Part shown: piece by piece, positions 18,617-30,918 of the stretch
Numbering within the stretch: position 1 is the stretch's first letter
Layout: every line of letters begins with the position of its first letter
Translations under genes and position numbers: made by a program
From: Myxococcota bacterium
GTDB taxonomy: Bacteria > Myxococcota_A > UBA9160 > PR03
Assembly (NCBI GenBank): GCA_041611735.1
Contig: JBFIML010000032.1
Coordinates: forward strand, 1 to 49,352
DNA length: 49,352 nt
Direction of reading: 5' to 3'
Notes under the pieces: generated by a model
What the model saw: the letters and a program-made list of their open reading frames with translations, nothing else
Database searches by the model: none
Told to the model about the DNA's origin: nothing

Positions 18617-20647
18617 ATGAGGAGGATCGACGCCTGGGGCCGGGCAGGGGGGGGCGCGCTGCTCGCCGCAGCGCTCCTCGCCGCCCCGGCGGCCCCGGCC
18701 GGCTCCACGCCCCGCCGGCTCCCCTTCGAGCGCACGGAGGCCCGGGAGGACTGCGCGGACTTCGATCCCCTGCGCAACCCCTACTTCGGCGAGACCCACA
18801 TCCACACCCGCTACTCCTTCGACGCCTTCATCAATGGAACGCGCGCAGAGCCGCGCGACGCCTACCGTTTCGCCCAGGGCGGCGAGGTCGCCCTGCCGCC
18901 CTTCGACGCCCAGGGCCGACCCACCCGGGTGGCCCGCCTGCGCCGGCCCCTGGACTTCACCGTGGTGACCGACCACGCGGAGCAGTTCGGCGAGGTGGAC
19001 ATCTGCCGCAGCCCCGGGCTGCCGGGCTCCGACGCGCCGGAGTGCGAGCGCATGCGGGGCGCAGTGGGCACCGTGGTGCCGGGGCCGATCGACGCCACGG
19101 GCGCCACCACCATCTTCGGCTTCGTCTACACCACGCTGCCCGAGCCGTTCCGCTTTCCGACCATCTGCGGCGCCGACGGCGCGCGCTGCCGGGCCGCCGC
19201 GTCCCTGGTCTGGCGGGCCACCCGGGACCAGGCGGAGGAGTTCTACGACCGCACCGCCGCCTGCCGCTTCACCACCTTCGTCGGCTACGAGTGGACCGCC
19301 GGCACCGTGCTCGCCAACCTGCACCGCAACGTGATCTTCCGCAACGCCGTCGTTCCGGAGCTGCCCATCAGCTACCTGGAGGCGAACACGGTCCAGGAGC
19401 TGTGGGCGGGGCTGCAGCGCGAGTGCCTGGACGGGCTCCCGGGCTGCGACACCTTCGCCATTCCGCACAACTCGAACGTGAGCCAGGGCTTCATGTTCGC
19501 CACCGAGAGCCCCTCCACCCCGATCCCGCCCACGCCTCCCGTGCCCCTCGATGCGACGGAGGCGGCGGTGCGGGCCGCCCTGGAGCCCCTGGTGGAGATC
19601 ACCCAGCACAAGGGCGATTCCGAGTGCCGGCCGGGCATCCTCAGCAACGACGAGCTCTGCGCCTACGAGAAGATGAGGCGCATCGACCTGGCCGCCCAGC
19701 TCGACCCGGACTCGCTGCTGCGCTTCCCGTTCGGTCCCCTGGCCTTCGTGCGGAACGTGCTCAAGGAGGGGCTGGTGCAGGAGCAGGCCCTGGGCGTGAA
19801 CCCCTTCCGCCTGGGGCTGATCGGCTCGACGGACGGGCACGTGGGCACGCCCGGCGCCGTGCACGAGCAGGACTTCTCGCGCATCGGCCATCTCGGCTCC
19901 CAGGACGCCACGCCCGAGTTCCTGCTCTCCCGGCGGCCCATCGGCGGCATCGAGGCCAACCCGGGCGGCCTCGCCGTGGTGTGGGCGGAGGAGAACTCCC
20001 GCGACGCGCTGTTCGCCGCCATGCGGCGGCGCGAGGTCTACGGCACCAGCGGCACGCGCCCCATCGTGCGCTTCTTCGGTGGCTTCCGGCTCCCGGCCAA
20101 CCTGTGCCGGAACCCGAACTTCGTGAAGCAGGGCTACCAGCACGGCGTACCCATGGGGGGCGTGCTGGGGCCGCCGCCGGGGCGCGGCCGGGGGCGCATG
20201 CCGGCGCCGCGCTTCGCGGTGCTGGCCCTGCGCGACCCGGGCGAGGCCGGCACGGCGCTCCAGCGCATCCAGATCGTGAAGGGCTGGCTCGACGCCGGCG
20301 GCGGCGCCCAGGAGAAGGTCTTCGACGTGGCCGGCGATCCCGCCAACGGGGCGGACGTGGACCTCTCCACCTGCCAGCCGCGCGGCACGGGCTTCGGGCA
20401 GCTGTGCACGGTCTGGGAGGACCCGGAGTTCGAGCGCGGCCAGCGCGCCTTCTACTACGCGCGGGTGCTCGAGAACCCGACCTGCCGCTGGAGCACCCAC
20501 CTGTGCAACGAGCTCCGGGTGGACTGCCGGGACCCGGCTTCGGTGCCGCCGGCCTTCGAGACCTGCTGCGATCCCGCCTTCCCGAAGACGATCCAGGAGC
20601 GGGCCTGGACCTCGCCGATCTGGTACCGGCCCGAGGGCGCATCGTGA
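18617..20647 (+). CDS. Secreted DUF3604 domain protein (PHP-like metal-binding fold)
   Basis: Signal peptide; YFGETHIHTRYSFDA, LDFTVVTDHAE, GYEWT, NLHRNVIF, IPHNSN, EITQHKGDSEC, GSTDGH, YYARVLENPTCRW, QERAWTSPIWY. GGAGG RBS. Confidence 0.9.
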   Translation: MRRIDAWGRAGGGALLAAALLAAPAAPAGSTPRRLPFERTEAREDCADFDPLRNPYFGETHIHTRYSFDAFINGTRAEPRDAYRFAQGGEVALPPFDAQGRPTRVARLRRPLDFTVVTDHAEQFGEVDICRSPGLPGSDAPECERMRGAVGTVVPGPIDATGATTIFGFVYTTLPEPFRFPTICGADGARCRAAASLVWRATRDQAEEFYDRTAACRFTTFVGYEWTAGTVLANLHRNVIFRNAVVPELPISYLEANTVQELWAGLQRECLDGLPGCDTFAIPHNSNVSQGFMFATESPSTPIPPTPPVPLDATEAAVRAALEPLVEITQHKGDSECRPGILSNDELCAYEKMRRIDLAAQLDPDSLLRFPFGPLAFVRNVLKEGLVQEQALGVNPFRLGLIGSTDGHVGTPGAVHEQDFSRIGHLGSQDATPEFLLSRRPIGGIEANPGGLAVVWAEENSRDALFAAMRRREVYGTSGTRPIVRFFGGFRLPANLCRNPNFVKQGYQHGVPMGGVLGPPPGRGRGRMPAPRFAVLALRDPGEAGTALQRIQIVKGWLDAGGGAQEKVFDVAGDPANGADVDLSTCQPRGTGFGQLCTVWEDPEFERGQRAFYYARVLENPTCRWSTHLCNELRVDCRDPASVPPAFETCCDPAFPKTIQERAWTSPIWYRPEGAS

Positions 20648-21606
20648 AGCGTTGGCTCCGGGCGCCGCCCCTGCACTTCGTCCTGCTGGGGGCGCTGATC
20701 TTCGCCCTCGACGGTCGCGCGCCGGGCTCCGGCGCCGAGGTCCCCGCGCCGGAGCCCCTGGTGATCGACGCGGGCCGCGTCGCCCAGCTGCGGGCGGACT
20801 ACGTGCGACGCACCGGCTTCCTGCCCGGCCCCGACGATCTGGCGGCGCTCCTGGAGGAAACCATCGACGAGGAGCTCCTGCTGCGCGAGGCGCGTGCCCT
20901 GGGCCTGGATCGGGACGACCGCAGCATCCGCTGGCGCCTGGTGGAGAAGATGCGCTTCCTGGCCGACGACCCGGGCCGCGACGAGGCGTCGCTCCTGGAG
21001 GAGGCTCTCGAGCTGGGCCTGGAGCGCGACGACCCCGTGGTGCGGCGCCTCCTGGCGGAGAAGCTGCGGCTGCTGGCCCGGGCGGCGGCGCCGGAGCCGA
21101 GCCAGGCGGAGCTGCGCGACCACTTCGAGGCGACCCGCGCCCGCTACCGCGAGCCCGAGCGCGTGGACCTCTGGCACGTCTTCCTGGACGGGGCGGGGCG
21201 CGACTCCGAAGCCCGGCGCCTGGCGGCCCGGCTCCGCGCCGAGCAGACGACGCCCGAGCAGGCGGTGGCACGGGGCGACGCCTTCCCCCTCGGCCACCAG
21301 CACCCGGGCCGGGCGGAGGGTGACCTGGCCAAGCTCTACGGAGCGGCGTTCGCGGCGGCGGTGCTGGCGCTCCCGCCGGGCCGCTGGTCCCAGCCGCTGC
21401 GCTCGCCCTACGGGACCCATCTCGTGCAGGTGGTGGCGCGACGGCCGGGACGCGACGCGCGCTTCGAGAGCGTGCGCGGGCAGGTGCGCGAGAGCCTGCG
21501 CGCCGAGCGGGGCGACGCCGCCGTGGCGGCGCTCCTGGCCCGGCTGCGCGGCCGGCAGCCGCTGCGCGTGGAGGCGCCGCACGGGGACGGGGAGGGCGAC
21601 GCATGA
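20644..21606 (+). CDS. PpiC/rotamase-type peptidyl-prolyl isomerase-like protein
   Basis: GTG overlaps the upstream TGA. PPLHFVLLGALIF anchor, EELLLREARALGLDRDD, WSQPLRSPYGTHLV. Confidence 0.82.
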   Translation: MKRWLRAPPLHFVLLGALIFALDGRAPGSGAEVPAPEPLVIDAGRVAQLRADYVRRTGFLPGPDDLAALLEETIDEELLLREARALGLDRDDRSIRWRLVEKMRFLADDPGRDEASLLEEALELGLERDDPVVRRLLAEKLRLLARAAAPEPSQAELRDHFEATRARYREPERVDLWHVFLDGAGRDSEARRLAARLRAEQTTPEQAVARGDAFPLGHQHPGRAEGDLAKLYGAAFAAAVLALPPGRWSQPLRSPYGTHLVQVVARRPGRDARFESVRGQVRESLRAERGDAAVAALLARLRGRQPLRVEAPHGDGEGDA

Positions 21607-22595
21607 GGCGGCGCGTCGTGCTGGGTCTCCTGCTCGGGGTGGCGCTGAGCGGGGCCCGGGCGTCGGCCCATCCCCTGGCCCCGGCCCTGCTCGAGCTGCG
21701 CGAGACCGGCAACGGTCGCGTGGCGGTGAGCTGGAAGACCTCGGCGCTGGCCATTCCCGGGACGCAGCTGGCGCCGGTCCTGCCTTCCGCATGCCGCCCG
21801 CTCGGCTCGCCCGACGCGCGTCGCGCGGGCGGCGGCGTGATCGAGCGCTGGGAGATGGACTGCGGCGCCGCGGGCCTGGCGGGCCTGCGCCTCGCCGTCC
21901 GGGGCCTCGACGCGGCCGGCGTGGAGGCGCTGGTGCGGGTGCAGCGCGCCGACGGGCGTCGGGTGCAGCACGTGCTTCGCGCCCGGGAGCCCGCCTGGAC
22001 CGTGCCGGCGCGCCCGCAGCGCCTGGGCGTGGCCCGCGGCTACCTGGCGCTCGGCGTGGAGCACATCGCCACGGGGCTCGACCACCTGCTCTTCGTGTTC
22101 GGCCTGCTGCTCCTGGTGCGCGGGGGGCGCGCCCTCCTGGCCACCCTCACCGCCTTCACGCTGGGCCACAGCGTGACCCTCTCCCTGGCGGTGCTCGGCC
22201 TGGCGCGGGTTCCGCCGGGGCCCGTGGAGCTCGCCATCGCGGGGAGCGTCTTCGCCCTGGCGGTGGAGATCTCGCGCCGCGCGGCCGCCACCCGGGCGCC
22301 CCGCTTCCCGTGGGTCCTGGCGGGGGTCTTCGGCCTGCTGCACGGGCTGGGCTTCGCCGGCGCGCTCCGGGAGGCCGGTCTCCCGGAGGCGGAGCTCCCG
22401 ACGGCGCTGCTGGCCTTCAACGTGGGAATCGAGCTGGGCCAGCTCGCCTTCGTGGCGGGGGTTCTCGGCGCGCGAGCGCTGCTCGCGCCGCAGCTCGGCA
22501 GGCTCCCGGCCTGGTGCCTGCGGGCCCCCGAGTACGCCCTCGGCGCCCTGGCCGCCTCCTGGTGCATCGAGCGCGGCGCCGCGCTGCTGGCCTGA
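21603..22595 (+). CDS. HupE/UreJ family membrane protein
   Basis: Signal ending A-S-A-H; LGVEHIATGLDHLLF, TAFTLGHSVTL, FGLLHGLGFA, FNVGIELGQ. Confidence 0.9.
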   Translation: MRRRVVLGLLLGVALSGARASAHPLAPALLELRETGNGRVAVSWKTSALAIPGTQLAPVLPSACRPLGSPDARRAGGGVIERWEMDCGAAGLAGLRLAVRGLDAAGVEALVRVQRADGRRVQHVLRAREPAWTVPARPQRLGVARGYLALGVEHIATGLDHLLFVFGLLLLVRGGRALLATLTAFTLGHSVTLSLAVLGLARVPPGPVELAIAGSVFALAVEISRRAAATRAPRFPWVLAGVFGLLHGLGFAGALREAGLPEAELPTALLAFNVGIELGQLAFVAGVLGARALLAPQLGRLPAWCLRAPEYALGALAASWCIERGAALLA

Positions 22596-22608
22596 CGCGA
22601 CGCTGGCG

Positions 22609-23333
22609 CTACTCCGGCGTCGCGTCCCTCAGGTCGAGCACCGCCCCGTTCTCGAGCTTGCGCTCGAGGAGCGCCCAGAGCTCGCGCGCCACGGCCTCGG
22701 GGGAGCGCAGGGCGCCCTCCGCGTGGAGGGCCACGAAGCGCGCCACGCTCGGGAAGTCGCGCTCCCGGGTGGCGCGGATCTCCGCCTGCATGGGGGTCTC
22801 CACGATGCCGGGGGCAACGGCCACCACCCGGCAGCGGCTCCCGCGCTGCGCCTGCTCGGCACCCACCGTGCGCACCCAGTGGTCGAGGGCCGCCTTGCCG
22901 GCGCAGTAGCCGGACCAGCCCTCGTAGACGCTGCGGGCCGCGCCGGAGCTGACCATCACCAGATGGCTCTCGGCGTCCACCGCGCGCGCCGCGCGCAGGA
23001 AGGCGTCGCCGAGCACGCAGGGCGCCGCGGCGTTCAGGGCCACGTTGCGCCGGTAGGCGTCCGGGTCCACCTCGCCGGCGAAGCCGATGGGCGTGAGCGT
23101 GCCGGCGGCGTGGAAGAAGACCAGGCGCGCGCCCGCCAGCCCCGCGCTCTCGCGCGCGAAGCACGCGGCGGCCGCCTGCCAGCCGGCCGGGCCGGCCAGG
23201 TCGCAGGCCAGGTGCTCGTAGCCCGGCCCCGGACTGCGGCAGAGCCCGATCACGCGCGCCGGGCGCGGGCACGCGTCCACCAGGGCCCGGCCGATCCCGC
23301 TCGAGGCCCCGGAGACGAAGACGAGATCCGCGC

Positions 23334-23337
<4 letters not shown>
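22609..23337 (-). CDS. Short-chain dehydrogenase/reductase (benzil/sepiapterin reductase-like)
   Basis: GTG overlaps the metH stop. [19 protein letters not shown] (YxxxK), [10 protein letters not shown]. Confidence 0.88.
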
Positions 23338-27017
<3,680 letters not shown>

Positions 27018-27045
27018 GGCGGGCTCTCCGGAAGGCCGAGAATAT

Positions 27046-27065
27046 ACATCAAGGTATCTCGATAT
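27046..27065. promoter_or_regulatory. SahR-type 20-bp palindromic operator upstream of metH
   Basis: ACATCAAG-gtat-CTCGATAT is an imperfect palindrome with two mismatches to ATATCAAG-N4-CTTGATAT. It is an AT-rich island 28 bp before the metH ATG and abuts a minus-strand -10-like TATATT (27041-27046). Confidence 0.75.
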
Positions 27066-27071
27066 ACAGAT

Positions 27072-27731
27072 CTAGTGACTTGACCCCGCGGGGCCAGGGC
27101 CTTCCTGGATCGGGAAGCCCAGCAGCCCCTCCAGGGCCGTGAGGGCCGCAGCCGGCTCCCCGACCTTGAGGGTGGCCATGCCCAGGGCCCGGGCCGCCTT
27201 CAGGTTGCGTCCGATGTCGTCCAGGAAGACGGCCTGCGGGGGCTCGACGCCGAGGCGCGCGCAGGTGATCCGGTAGATGCGCGGGTCGGGCTTGCGCAGG
27301 CCCTCCAGGCGCGACTCCACCACCGCGTCGAAGTGGACGCGCAGGGCCTGGAGCCCGTCCTCCTCGCCGGGCCAGTTGTTGGTGAGAGCGCCGACCCGCA
27401 GCCCCCGGGCGCGGATGCGGCCGATGGCCGCCAGCACCGCCGGCCGCACCGCCGTCCCCGCGGCGATGCGCAGCATCAGCTCCCGGGCCGAGAAGCCGGC
27501 GCCCGCTGCGGCGCACTCCCGCTCGAAGGCCGCGTGGAAGTCGTCCAACGGGAGCTCGCCGCGCTCCAGGCGCGCCCAGGCCCCGCCCGGCCCGGCCTCG
27601 ATCACCACCCGGTTCACCAGCCCCGGCTCGAGGCCCAGCTCGCGCTCGTAGGCCTCGATCACGTGCAGGGGCGAGTCCACCACCACGCCCCCCACGTCGA
27701 AGATCACCGCCCGGAAGGCGCGCCCGGTCAC
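27072..27731 (-). CDS. HAD-superfamily hydrolase (epoxide hydrolase N-terminal/ACAD10-like)
   Basis: VIFDVGGV, LTNNW, GLRKPDPRIY, FLDDIGRN; GTG start at 27731. Confidence 0.87.
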   Translation of the reverse strand: MTGRAFRAVIFDVGGVVVDSPLHVIEAYERELGLEPGLVNRVVIEAGPGGAWARLERGELPLDDFHAAFERECAAAGAGFSARELMLRIAAGTAVRPAVLAAIGRIRARGLRVGALTNNWPGEEDGLQALRVHFDAVVESRLEGLRKPDPRIYRITCARLGVEPPQAVFLDDIGRNLKAARALGMATLKVGEPAAALTALEGLLGFPIQEGPGPAGSSH

Positions 27732-27742
27732 CCGGAAGCTTC

Positions 27743-28438
27743 CTAGCGCCGACCCGACTGCGCCGTCTGGCCGAAGAGCACCTGCTTGGCCTCGTCGTCC
27801 ATCTGGGCGCGCAGGTACTCCCGACCCACCACGAAGCCGCGCTGTACCGCCGGGCGCTGCTTCATGGTCTCGTACCAGCGCTGCAGGTTCGGGAAGTCGT
27901 CGAGCTGCTGGCCCTGGCGCTCGTGGGGCACGATCCAGGGCCAGATGGCCATGTCGGCGATCGAGTAGTCGCCGCACACGAAGGCGCGGCCCTCGAGGCG
28001 TCGCTCGAGCACCCCGTAGAGCCGGTTCGCCTCGTTGGTGTAGCGGTCGATGGCGTACGGGATCGGCTCCGGCGCGTACTGCCGGAAGTGGTGGGCCTGG
28101 CCCAGCATGGGGCCGAGACCGGCCACCTGCCAGGCCAGCCACTCGAGCACCTGCTTGCGTCTGCGCAGGTCCGCGGGCAGGAACTTCCCGGTCTTCTCGG
28201 CCAGGTAGACCAGGATCGCCCCGGACTCGAAGACCGGCAGCGGCGGCCCGGCGTCGGGCGGCTCGGAGTCCACGATGGCCGGCATGCGGTTGTTGGGGCT
28301 GATGGCCAGGAACTCGGGGGCGAACTGCTCGCCGCGCCCGATGTTCACGTACTGGACCGTATAGGGGAGCCCCATCTCCTCCAGGGCGATGGAGATCTTC
28401 CAGCCGTTCGGCGTGGGCCAGTAGTAGAGATCGATCAC
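27743..28438 (-). CDS. Glutathione S-transferase, YfcG-like (Nu class)
   Basis: YYWPTPNGWK, SPNNRMPAI, FESGAIL, GPMLGQAHHF, YSIADMAIWPW. Confidence 0.92.
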   Translation of the reverse strand: MIDLYYWPTPNGWKISIALEEMGLPYTVQYVNIGRGEQFAPEFLAISPNNRMPAIVDSEPPDAGPPLPVFESGAILVYLAEKTGKFLPADLRRRKQVLEWLAWQVAGLGPMLGQAHHFRQYAPEPIPYAIDRYTNEANRLYGVLERRLEGRAFVCGDYSIADMAIWPWIVPHERQGQQLDDFPNLQRWYETMKQRPAVQRGFVVGREYLRAQMDDEAKQVLFGQTAQSGRR

Positions 28439-28457
28439 GGGGGGTCCCTCCCTGGGC

Positions 28458-29684
28458 TCAGCTATAGCGGGCTTCCTTGGCCTGGGCCGGGCCGCGCGTG
28501 GCCACCGCCTCGCGCAGGTCCGCCAGGAAGGCGTCGGCCACCCGGGCGTGGACCGGACTCACCATGAGGTGCAGGGCGTCGGGGTTGCGCTGGCGGTCCA
28601 GGTGCCAGCCGCGCTGGTCCATGCCGTCGCCCACGGCCATCACGTCGAGCGTACGGGCGCCGAAGGCCAGCACGCTCATCACCGGGTCGCCCCACACGTG
28701 GAGGCCCGGGATCGCCTGGATCCCGCTCCGGATGCGGCGCGTGGCGTCGCGCACCTCCCGGGCCAGGCGCAGGTAGCCCTCCTCGCCGAGGAAGCGGATC
28801 ACGGCCCAGGCGGCGGCGATGGGCCCCGCCGGGCGCGCGCCGGCCAGGGCGAAGGAGCCGTACAGCCCGCCCGGCCAGTCCGAGTAGAGGAAGAGCTGCC
28901 AGCGCTTCACGCTCTCCGCGTCGCGGTGCAGGATCACCGAGGCGCCCTTCGTGCAGTAGCCGTACTTGTGGACGTCCGCCGAGATCGTGGTCACGCCGGG
29001 CACGCGGAAGTCGAAGGGCGGCACGGGCTCGCCGAGCCGCTCCCAGAAGGGCAGCAGGAAGCTGCCGAGACAGGCGTCGGTGTGGAACCAGACGTCGTGG
29101 CGGGCGGCGAGGGCGGCCAGCTCCTCGATGGGATCCACGACACCGAAGGGGTAGCAGGGCGCCGAACCCACCAGCAGCGCGGTGCGCGGGCCGATCAGGC
29201 TCGCGGCGGCCCCGGGGTCCGCGCGCAGATCGTCGCGCAGGGGGATCTGACGCAGCTCGAGACCCAGGTAGTGGGCCGCCTTGGCAAAGGCCGGGTGGGC
29301 CGAGACCGGCGCCAGCAGCTCCGGCTGGGTGATGCCCCTCTCCTTACGCGCCCGGTCCCGGGCGCACTTCACCGCCATGAGGATGCTCTCGGTGCCGCCG
29401 GAGGTCATGGCGCCGCCCGCGCCGTCACCCCCGTGCAGGAGGTCGGCGGTCATGGCCACGACCTCCGTCTCCATGCTGCGCAGGCTCGGGAAGCGGAAGG
29501 GGTTCAGGGCGTTCTCGTACAGGTAGAGCAGGTTCGCCTCGCGCAGGATCTCGTCCACCGCCTCGCCGGCCGGGTAGAGCAGGCTGAAGGTGCGTCCTCC
29601 CCGCCAGTCGGCGTCGGCCCGCTTGCGCTCGCCCATGGCCGCGAGAAGCTCCTGGCGCGGCGTCCCGGTCTTCGGAAACTGCAT
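28458..29684 (-). CDS. PLP-dependent group II decarboxylase family protein, sphingosine-1-phosphate lyase-like
   Basis: NALNP..FPSLR.ME, TSGGTESI, SAHPAFAKA, GSAPCYPFGVVDPI, HTDACLG, SADVHKYG. Confidence 0.85.
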   Translation of the reverse strand: MQFPKTGTPRQELLAAMGERKRADADWRGGRTFSLLYPAGEAVDEILREANLLYLYENALNPFRFPSLRSMETEVVAMTADLLHGGDGAGGAMTSGGTESILMAVKCARDRARKERGITQPELLAPVSAHPAFAKAAHYLGLELRQIPLRDDLRADPGAAASLIGPRTALLVGSAPCYPFGVVDPIEELAALAARHDVWFHTDACLGSFLLPFWERLGEPVPPFDFRVPGVTTISADVHKYGYCTKGASVILHRDAESVKRWQLFLYSDWPGGLYGSFALAGARPAGPIAAAWAVIRFLGEEGYLRLAREVRDATRRIRSGIQAIPGLHVWGDPVMSVLAFGARTLDVMAVGDGMDQRGWHLDRQRNPDALHLMVSPVHARVADAFLADLREAVATRGPAQAKEARYS

Positions 29685-29714
29685 GAGACCTCCGTTCAGA
29701 ACCTCTCGAAATTC

Positions 29715-30413
29715 TTACCAGAGCGCCCAGTGGCCCGTCGCCCGGATCCACAGGCCGAGGGCCACGTTGGTGGTGGCGTGGGCCACCACGCACGAGAGCA
29801 GATCCTTCCGCACCACCCACAGGCCGGCCATCCAGAGGCCGTAGGCCAGGGCCGCGGGCCACTCGAGGCCCTGGTGCCCGGCGGCGAAGGCCAGGGTGGC
29901 GAAGGCCACCGCCAGCGGCGTCCAATCCCCGGGCGCCACCTCGTTCACGCTGCTGCGGTCGAAGGCCTCGGCGAAGGGCCGGGCGGCACCGGCCCGGCGC
30001 GCCCGGTCCCACTGGATGCCGAGCCGCAGCAGGTAGCCCCGGAAGAGCCACTCCTCGAAGAGGGGAACCACCAGGCCCGAGGCGGCCAGGCGCAGGCCGA
30101 AGGCGGCCGGGGCCCAGGGCTCGCCGCCGCCGGCATAGAAGGGGGCCTTGAGGGCGATCCAGAGCACCGTCCCCAGGAGGCCCGCCAGGACGCCCACCGC
30201 CACCGAGACCGCGGGCGAGCCCGGGCCTCGGAGCGGCACCAGGTGACGCCAGGCCCAGGCCAGGGCGCCCGCGGTGGCCACCAGGCGCAGGCCGTAGCTC
30301 GCCTCCCGGGAGAGCCAGCCGGACGGGAGGCTCGCGATCCCCACGTAGACCAGGAAGGGGACCACGTACGGCCAGAGCAGGGCCTGGTTGCGGCGCGGGG
30401 GGGCGGGCGGCAT
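29715..30413 (-). CDS. CPBP/Abi intramembrane protease, PEP-CTERM-associated 'CAAX prenyl protease-related' type
   Basis: PYVVPF..Y, VGVLAG.LW, VVPLFEEWLFRGYL, FAAGH, CVVAHATTN. The PYxxPF and VGV...W features recall the exosortase-system subfamily. Confidence 0.78.
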   Translation of the reverse strand: MPPAPPRRNQALLWPYVVPFLVYVGIASLPSGWLSREASYGLRLVATAGALAWAWRHLVPLRGPGSPAVSVAVGVLAGLLGTVLWIALKAPFYAGGGEPWAPAAFGLRLAASGLVVPLFEEWLFRGYLLRLGIQWDRARRAGAARPFAEAFDRSSVNEVAPGDWTPLAVAFATLAFAAGHQGLEWPAALAYGLWMAGLWVVRKDLLSCVVAHATTNVALGLWIRATGHWALW

Positions 30414-30493
30414 GGGGCATCCCAGGGTAGCGGGCCTCGGGGACGCGCCCGGCCGCGTTCAGGACGCCCCGCGTCCCGCCGATGAGAGACGGC

Positions 30494-30823
30494 ATGGACG
30501 ACTCCCGGGACGACCCGATCCGCTCGCTCCGGTTCGACGACCCGGACCTGGAGGAGCGCCTCGACGCCTTCGTGGTGGCGCTCGGCGAGCAGATCGATCT
30601 GATCCAGGAAGCCGAGCGCACGGGCGAGTGGCAGGAGCTCGCGGCCCGCGCCGAGGCCCTGGCCGGCGAGGCGGAGTCCCTGGGCTTCCCGCCCCTGGAT
30701 CGGGCCGCGCGCCATGCGGCCCTGCTCTCCAAGCAGGGCAACCCGGCGGACACCCGCAAGGGCGTGGTGGACCTCACCGACGTGGTGCGCCGCGTGCGTC
30801 TCGGACACCGGGCGCTGCCCTGA
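30494..30823 (+). CDS. Standalone Hpt-like four-helix protein lacking the phospho-accepting His
   Basis: DDPDLEERLDAFVVAL..I..IQEA..GEWQELAARAEALAGEAESLGFPPL aligns by eye with the Hpt pattern GDW..L...AHxLKGxAxxxGF, with E replacing H. Alternative ATG at 30482. Confidence 0.65.
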   Translation: MDDSRDDPIRSLRFDDPDLEERLDAFVVALGEQIDLIQEAERTGEWQELAARAEALAGEAESLGFPPLDRAARHAALLSKQGNPADTRKGVVDLTDVVRRVRLGHRALP

Positions 30824-30918
30824 GCGGCGTGGGGCGCTTCGGCTCGTCACCCCCAGCGCGGTGCGGGACACCCACCTGGAGAGCGGTGCAGTTCGACACC
30901 GTTCCAGAGGATCTCGCC

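Noticed and set aside
27018-27071. SAM or cobalamin riboswitch before metH
   Set aside because: Only 54 bp of intergenic space and no riboswitch motifs; a palindromic operator explains the region.
30824-30918. Sigma-54 promoter expected upstream of a PEP-CTERM gene
   Set aside because: The best candidate TGGagagcggTGCA has GG-N8-GC spacing rather than the required N10.
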